29,470 nucleotides of DNA, taken from the NCBI GenBank assembly GCA_049423385.1, contig JBMSQQ010000043.1, positions 1 to 29,470 of the forward strand. The letters run 5' to 3'. The DNA is from Silvanigrellaceae bacterium. GTDB taxonomy: Bacteria; Bdellovibrionota_B; Oligoflexia; Silvanigrellales; Silvanigrellaceae. Below the pieces are notes generated by a model, which saw only the letters and a list, made by a program, of their open reading frames with translations, did no database searches and was not told the DNA's origin. A program made the translations under genes and the position numbers. Position 1 is the stretch's first letter. Each line of letters starts with the position of its first letter. This document shows, in pieces, positions 24,940-29,470 of the stretch.

Positions 24940-27920
24940 AAAAATTCAGGACATTCAGACCAACGCAAGTGTGGAGCATCATGCTGCTTGCGGTTTCACT
25001 GACTTCACGTCAGGGACAATCCCAAGGTCTGTCCGACTCACAGTCGACCATTTATTATGATGCTGATGAAATCAATCTGGACAAGGAAACAGGCAATCTC
25101 AAGGCAAAGGGAAACGCTTTTATTTTGCTCGGAAATGTCTTCGTCAGCGCAGACAACGTGGAATACAACAAGAAACTGCGAACCATGACCGCTGAAGGGG
25201 GAGTCCGGGTCGTTCGCAGTCGGGAACGCATCAGCGCCTCCCGCGTCTTGATCAACGAAGAAACCAATGAAGCCAGGATGGATGACGTCGAAATCTTCGC
25301 CGACCCGCTCGACACCGAAGCCAAGGTCAACGAAGAGGTGCTCGGTATTTCAAGTGCGGAAATGGCTTTCGAAGTGGCGCGACAGGAACGCGCAAAAGAA
25401 ATCTTGAAGGAACTGGGCGAAATACGATCGCAATTTGCAAATATCCACGACTCAAGAAATGGCGAAAGCAAACGCAAGGCAAGCCGCCTGCATTCGCGTT
25501 ATGCTCAGCTTCTCGAAAGGCTTGTCCGAACCCGTTATCAACCATCCGATGTCTTGCGGAATCTTCCCGAAGATGCGCGAAGAAGGATTGAGAACAGACG
25601 CGAAGCCGTCCGGTCGTTTGCCAGCAAGGATCCTGAATTGGCGCGAAAAATCGCTGGCCTTCAAAGAGTTCCTGGATATTTGAATCTGCAGGCGCATCGT
25701 GTTTTTCAAAATTCCAACCAGAACATGGACGTTGAAAACGCATCCCTCACAACTTGCAGATGCTCACCTGGTGACAAACCCGCATGGGGATTGAGCGCAT
25801 CACGTGCACTTGTTGAACCCAACGAATACATCACGCTCTACGGAACAACACTGGAAGTGGCAAAATTTCCATTGATGTACAGTCCCTGGTTCAAGATGCC
25901 CATCAAGACAAAGCGACAATCTGGTTTTTTGCTGCCGTCTTTTTATCTTAGCCGGGGAGGAGATGCCGCGAGCTTTCCCTACTATTTGACGTTGGGCGAA
26001 AATGCTGATTCCACAATGACCTTCACTTATTTCAGTAAACGTGGTCCACGTTTGGAAAGTGAGTTGAGAACCGCTTTGTCCGAGGAGAGCAGAACCACAC
26101 TCCGTGGCGAAGTTCTTCGTCAGAAAGGTCCTGTCGCTGGAATCACCGACAAGGAAGTGATCAACCGGTGGGCATGGGGTGCTCAAACCAACGCTCCCAT
26201 TTCCAGCCGGACATCGCTGAAGATTGATTATGAGAAAATGAGCGACCAGAGGTATTTCTCAGACCTCACAAAAGAACCAGGCACGACCCAGGACCTTTTC
26301 ACTCCTCAAGTCATCGTCAAAAGATTTTTGCAACAAGATGCCACCATCGAACATTCGGGAGAATCTTTTTTTGTTGGTGTCAGCGCCAACAAGCCGGAAG
26401 ACGTTTTTGCAGATTCGAACAGAAATGTTCCAAGCCGTGCGCCGCGCATCGACTTTTCAATTTTCCCCAGAAATATTGCAGAAACCAAGATTGCCTGGGA
26501 AGGGCTGGGCTCATTCGAAAAAATCTCGGACCGCTCACCGGGGGCTACAGAACAATTGCCAGGACCTCTCGATGGTTCGCGAAGCATGGTGAAGGTCAGA
26601 AGCAATTACCCAATGCCATTCAATCCTTATGCAAACATACGCATTGGTGGAGAAGCAGTTCATATCAACTATCAAACACAAAGATCCAAGGGAGAGGTGA
26701 ACTTTGCACAAGCCGAGGTCAATGTCGACACACCTCTATATGCAAATCTTTTCTCGCTGCAAACAGACAATCAACTGGAGTGGCGCGCGCGACACAACTT
26801 GAAACCGTTTGTCTCACTCAAATGGATTCCAGACGTGAAGCGTACCGGGAAATTTCCAGACATCTATTCCACTTTTTATGCAACCGACAACGTTGCCCGC
26901 AGGCAGCTCCTGGAGTTCGGTTTCAGCACCGACATTCAGTTGTTCAAAGATGAATTTAAACAATATGAGCGAACCGACGTGCAAAGTTCCAATACTGGAA
27001 AGCCACCATCCCCGCCTGCGAACGAAGCAGTCCTTTTTTCTTTGATGAAGCTTCCTGTACCGAACAATCCGAATGAAGCCGGCCAGGTGATTTACACGAT
27101 GGCAACTCAACGAAAACCGGAAGGGTTGTTTGATCAGTGGGCCACAAACGAACTGAATCAATATGTCAGAGAAGTGAATGTCACATCTGGCAAACAAGGC
27201 GTATCTTTTGTCGCTGCACAACCCGTGAGCTGGCGACGCGACACAATTGTGAACTCAACACCCGTCGCACTGTCGATGTCCAGCAGCTACAATTTTGAAG
27301 CCGTGCGCACGGCAGATGAGCAGAACAGAAATCTTCAGCCAGGTCAGACTCCTGTCAGTGCTGACCCCTGGGGCGACGTGTCCGGTTCATTGAGCCTGTC
27401 TGTGCAGCCTCTGCTTCCCCTCGCAGGAACAGTTTCCCGGGTTTGGCAACCGGCCTGGCGCATCTTCAAGTCCCAGTCTTCATCGCTCGATATTTCAAGT
27501 CCAATTGGATTGAACGCAAGTTTTGTTCAGTCCACGAACCGTTCGGAGGCTGTCGACGGGAATGGTGTGAAAACCTATCCCGAGGAACAATTGTGGGGCA
27601 TAGACTCTTCATACCAGCCAAAATCGTGGCTCAAATTTCAGTTCCAGTATCGCAAAAACATCAAACCCCAGCCCGCATCATCGAGCGAGTTTGAATATAG
27701 CAGCCTGCAGAAGATCACTTTTCTCGGAATCCAGGATTGCGTCGATATCACGCTCCAGCGATTCAAGGACAGAGAAATTCAGGAACGAATGGCGACATGG
27801 ACGCTGGGATTGAATTTGAATTTTCTGGGACAGCAGCGTCAAATCGAATCGCTTGGCAAAGTCGTCGATCGAGCCATCAAGAGTCAGCTCAACAAAGGTC
27901 AAAACCTCAGCCCTCAATAA
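24924..27920 (+). CDS. lptD: LPS-assembly outer-membrane protein LptD with large insertions (998 aa)
   Basis: OstA-like N-terminus (YDADEINLD...AKGNA...SADNVEYN...AEGGV), ASLTTC...PAW, P.MYSPW...KRQSGFLLP, PYYLTL, SKRG, SDQRYFSD, and a C-terminal QDC followed by beta-strands. Confidence 0.88.
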   Translation: MQQRLKKFRTFRPTQVWSIMLLAVSLTSRQGQSQGLSDSQSTIYYDADEINLDKETGNLKAKGNAFILLGNVFVSADNVEYNKKLRTMTAEGGVRVVRSRERISASRVLINEETNEARMDDVEIFADPLDTEAKVNEEVLGISSAEMAFEVARQERAKEILKELGEIRSQFANIHDSRNGESKRKASRLHSRYAQLLERLVRTRYQPSDVLRNLPEDARRRIENRREAVRSFASKDPELARKIAGLQRVPGYLNLQAHRVFQNSNQNMDVENASLTTCRCSPGDKPAWGLSASRALVEPNEYITLYGTTLEVAKFPLMYSPWFKMPIKTKRQSGFLLPSFYLSRGGDAASFPYYLTLGENADSTMTFTYFSKRGPRLESELRTALSEESRTTLRGEVLRQKGPVAGITDKEVINRWAWGAQTNAPISSRTSLKIDYEKMSDQRYFSDLTKEPGTTQDLFTPQVIVKRFLQQDATIEHSGESFFVGVSANKPEDVFADSNRNVPSRAPRIDFSIFPRNIAETKIAWEGLGSFEKISDRSPGATEQLPGPLDGSRSMVKVRSNYPMPFNPYANIRIGGEAVHINYQTQRSKGEVNFAQAEVNVDTPLYANLFSLQTDNQLEWRARHNLKPFVSLKWIPDVKRTGKFPDIYSTFYATDNVARRQLLEFGFSTDIQLFKDEFKQYERTDVQSSNTGKPPSPPANEAVLFSLMKLPVPNNPNEAGQVIYTMATQRKPEGLFDQWATNELNQYVREVNVTSGKQGVSFVAAQPVSWRRDTIVNSTPVALSMSSSYNFEAVRTADEQNRNLQPGQTPVSADPWGDVSGSLSLSVQPLLPLAGTVSRVWQPAWRIFKSQSSSLDISSPIGLNASFVQSTNRSEAVDGNGVKTYPEEQLWGIDSSYQPKSWLKFQFQYRKNIKPQPASSSEFEYSSLQKITFLGIQDCVDITLQRFKDREIQERMATWTLGLNLNFLGQQRQIESLGKVVDRAIKSQLNKGQNLSPQ

Positions 27921-29241
27921 GCTGAACGTCTGCTCCCATTGCTTGAAGCTTTGGCACGAGGTGATCGTACTTTCTTTGCAACTCCTGAACATTGGACAAT
28001 CGGGTCTCGCCATCGGCGACAAGTCCTGCCACGACAAGACACATCCCCGCGCGGATGTCGGTGGGCAACTTGAACTGCCCACCACGCAATGGTGTTGGTC
28101 CTTGAATGATCGCAGAATGTACGAAATTCCGGTTTTTGAATCTGCAGGGCGCCTCGCCGAGACAGCAGGAGAAAAGTGAAATATTCGCGCCCATTTGATT
28201 TAAAAAATGGGTATAACTCAAGCGATCTTCGAAAATGGTTTCGTGAAGCACGCTCGTGCCTTCGGCCTGGGTGAACAGCACCATGAATGGTTGCTGCCAG
28301 TCGGTCATGAATCCGGGATGAACTTCAACTTCAATGTGTGAAGACTTCAAACGACCCGTTTTCGGCGCACTTACGTACACGCCTTCCGAATTGACCCTGA
28401 ATTCTGCACCCATCCGCTGAATGTAATTCAAAAAACTGTAAACCGGATCATGAGGAAGCTTCTCAATCAGAACGTCGCCGCCCGTGGCCAGAGCTGCGAC
28501 AGCAAACGATACCGCCTGATTTCTGTCAGGCATGATCCTCAATTCGCAGCCACGGAGTTTTTTGACTCCCTGAATGACGAAAGTACGGTTGGCATTGACC
28601 ACGATGTCCGCTCCCATTTTTTGGAGCATCTTCACGAGTTCAATGATTTCCGGCTCGATTGCGGCATTCTCGATGATGGTTCTTCCACGGGCAAGCACGG
28701 AGGTGATGATCAAATTTTCCGTTGTCATTACGCTTGGAAAAGGAAGCACGACATGCGCGCCATGCAAACCCTCTTCGCCGACACTCATTTGATAGTGGCC
28801 GTCTTCAACCACTACTGTGGCGCCCATCTCCTGCAAACCACGAATATGAAAATCGACAGGTCGTTTGCCAATCTTGTCTCCACCCAATGTTGCAGCCATG
28901 TTCACCTTCTTGAACCTGTGCAGCAAAGGCCCGGCAGCGAGAATGGCAATACGATTGCGTTCGCACAAAGTGCGGGAGAGCTCATGTTTGTCGATGGTTT
29001 TTGCCGTGAGCCGGACTGTCTTTTCGTCCAGGTATTCAACCTGTCCACCCAGTGCGGCGAACAAATCCTCCACCATGCGCCGTTCATTGACTTCAGGGGC
29101 ACCCTTGATGAGCACAGGTTCATCGGTCAGCATTGCTGCCATGATGCATTTCGTGACCTGGTTGGAGCTGCCTGCAATCGCGACGCGACCGCCCGAGAGG
29201 CGGCGACCGCCGTTGATTTTGATGATTGGCTCTTTGCTCAC
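27907..29241 (-). CDS. murA: UDP-N-acetylglucosamine 1-carboxyvinyltransferase, Asp115 type (444 aa)
   Basis: GGDKIGKRPVDFH, LPFPSVMTTEN, NAAIEPEI, PDRNQA, HPGFMTDWQQP, ETIFEDR and DIRAG. GTG start at 29241 with SD AAGGAG. Confidence 0.95.
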   Translation of the reverse strand: MSKEPIIKINGGRRLSGGRVAIAGSSNQVTKCIMAAMLTDEPVLIKGAPEVNERRMVEDLFAALGGQVEYLDEKTVRLTAKTIDKHELSRTLCERNRIAILAAGPLLHRFKKVNMAATLGGDKIGKRPVDFHIRGLQEMGATVVVEDGHYQMSVGEEGLHGAHVVLPFPSVMTTENLIITSVLARGRTIIENAAIEPEIIELVKMLQKMGADIVVNANRTFVIQGVKKLRGCELRIMPDRNQAVSFAVAALATGGDVLIEKLPHDPVYSFLNYIQRMGAEFRVNSEGVYVSAPKTGRLKSSHIEVEVHPGFMTDWQQPFMVLFTQAEGTSVLHETIFEDRLSYTHFLNQMGANISLFSCCLGEAPCRFKNRNFVHSAIIQGPTPLRGGQFKLPTDIRAGMCLVVAGLVADGETRLSNVQELQRKYDHLVPKLQAMGADVQLIEG

Positions 29242-29270
29242 GATTGTATGACTCCTTGAACACGCTTCTC

Positions 29271-29287
29271 GGCAAGCATATTGCCAA
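29271..29287 (-). promoter_or_regulatory. Putative sigma54-type (-24/-12) promoter or palindromic operator upstream of murA
   Basis: The minus strand reads TTGGCAATATGCTTGC (GG-N10-GC with TGGCA and TTGC), ending 14 nt upstream of the murA SD. The site also forms the inverted repeat GGCAA-N5-TTGCC. Confidence 0.4.
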
Positions 29288-29390
29288 ACATCGCGGTAAT
29301 ACAAGAAATGCCTTTGAAGTGCCAAGACGATGTCGTGCTTGTTGAAGCGAAAATGACTTGCAGGTGGAAAAGAAGAATCTCCAGAAAAAA

Positions 29391-29467
29391 TGGTGGGTGC
29401 TTAGGGACTCGAACCCCAGACCCTCGCCTTGTAAGGGCGACGCTCTAACCAACTGAGCTAAGCACCC
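29391..29467 (-). tRNA. tRNA-Val (anticodon TAC), CCA encoded
   Basis: GGGTGCTTAGCTCAGTTGGTTAGAGCGTCGCCCTTACAAGGCGAGGGTCTGGGGTTCGAGTCCCTAAGCACCCACCA (77 nt) folds as a cloverleaf: acceptor GGGTGCT/AGCACCC, anticodon stem TCGCC/GGCGA with loop CTTACAA, T-loop TTCGAGT. Confidence 0.98.
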
Positions 29468-29470
29468 TGG

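Noticed and set aside
25302..25676. LptD insertion as an intein or mobile element
   Set aside because: No N-terminal Cys/Ser with C-terminal His-Asn splice motif, no endonuclease motif and no flanking repeats.
28450..29259. 269-aa plus-strand ORF
   Set aside because: Antisense shadow of murA with no recognisable domain.
29120..29452. 110-aa minus-strand ORF
   Set aside because: It runs through the tRNA gene and overlaps murA out of frame.
29326..29467. tRNA-Val as the integration site of a genomic island
   Set aside because: No integrase, no duplicated tRNA 3' end noticed in the window, and the neighbouring genes are housekeeping.
1..29470. CRISPR arrays, IS elements, long tandem repeats, defence or toxin genes
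   Set aside because: None seen by eye. Intergenic spaces are short and the long ORFs are accounted for. A self-dotplot would be needed to exclude subtle repeats.

Overview
Gene-dense, chromosomal-looking window from a diderm bacterium. Gene content and protein style suggest Bdellovibrionota/Oligoflexia or a related delta-proteobacterium (inference, not verified). I found no mobile elements, CRISPR arrays or rRNA. Left to right: a + strand parA-family ATPase, an unusual non-ParB partner (basic N-terminal peptide, Pro-rich linker, DUF3102-like HTH) and an exported protein; a TPR lipoprotein (-); tcdA (+); an RRM RNA-binding protein (-); a ~17 kb tightly coupled - strand run (hypothetical, tamB, a long multi-POTRA Omp85, dus, an exported coiled-coil/beta protein, 639-aa and 1036-aa exported helical proteins, a TPR lipoprotein, an atypical receiver protein); accD-folC-lptD (+); murA (-); tRNA-Val(TAC) (-). 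Best candidates for novel biology: (1) a divergent GltC/GltD/GltE (Agl-Glt/Nfs)-like envelope module coupled to a receiver protein downstream of tamB-omp85; (2) a ParA plus CTPase-less DNA-binding partner; (3) a Chlamydia/Actinobacteria-type MurA with Cys115->Asp and also Lys22->Ser; (4) an LptD with large insertions. All family calls come from recognising motifs by eye; no searches were run. Several starts were moved downstream of the ORF-track starts using SD sites and gene overlaps.
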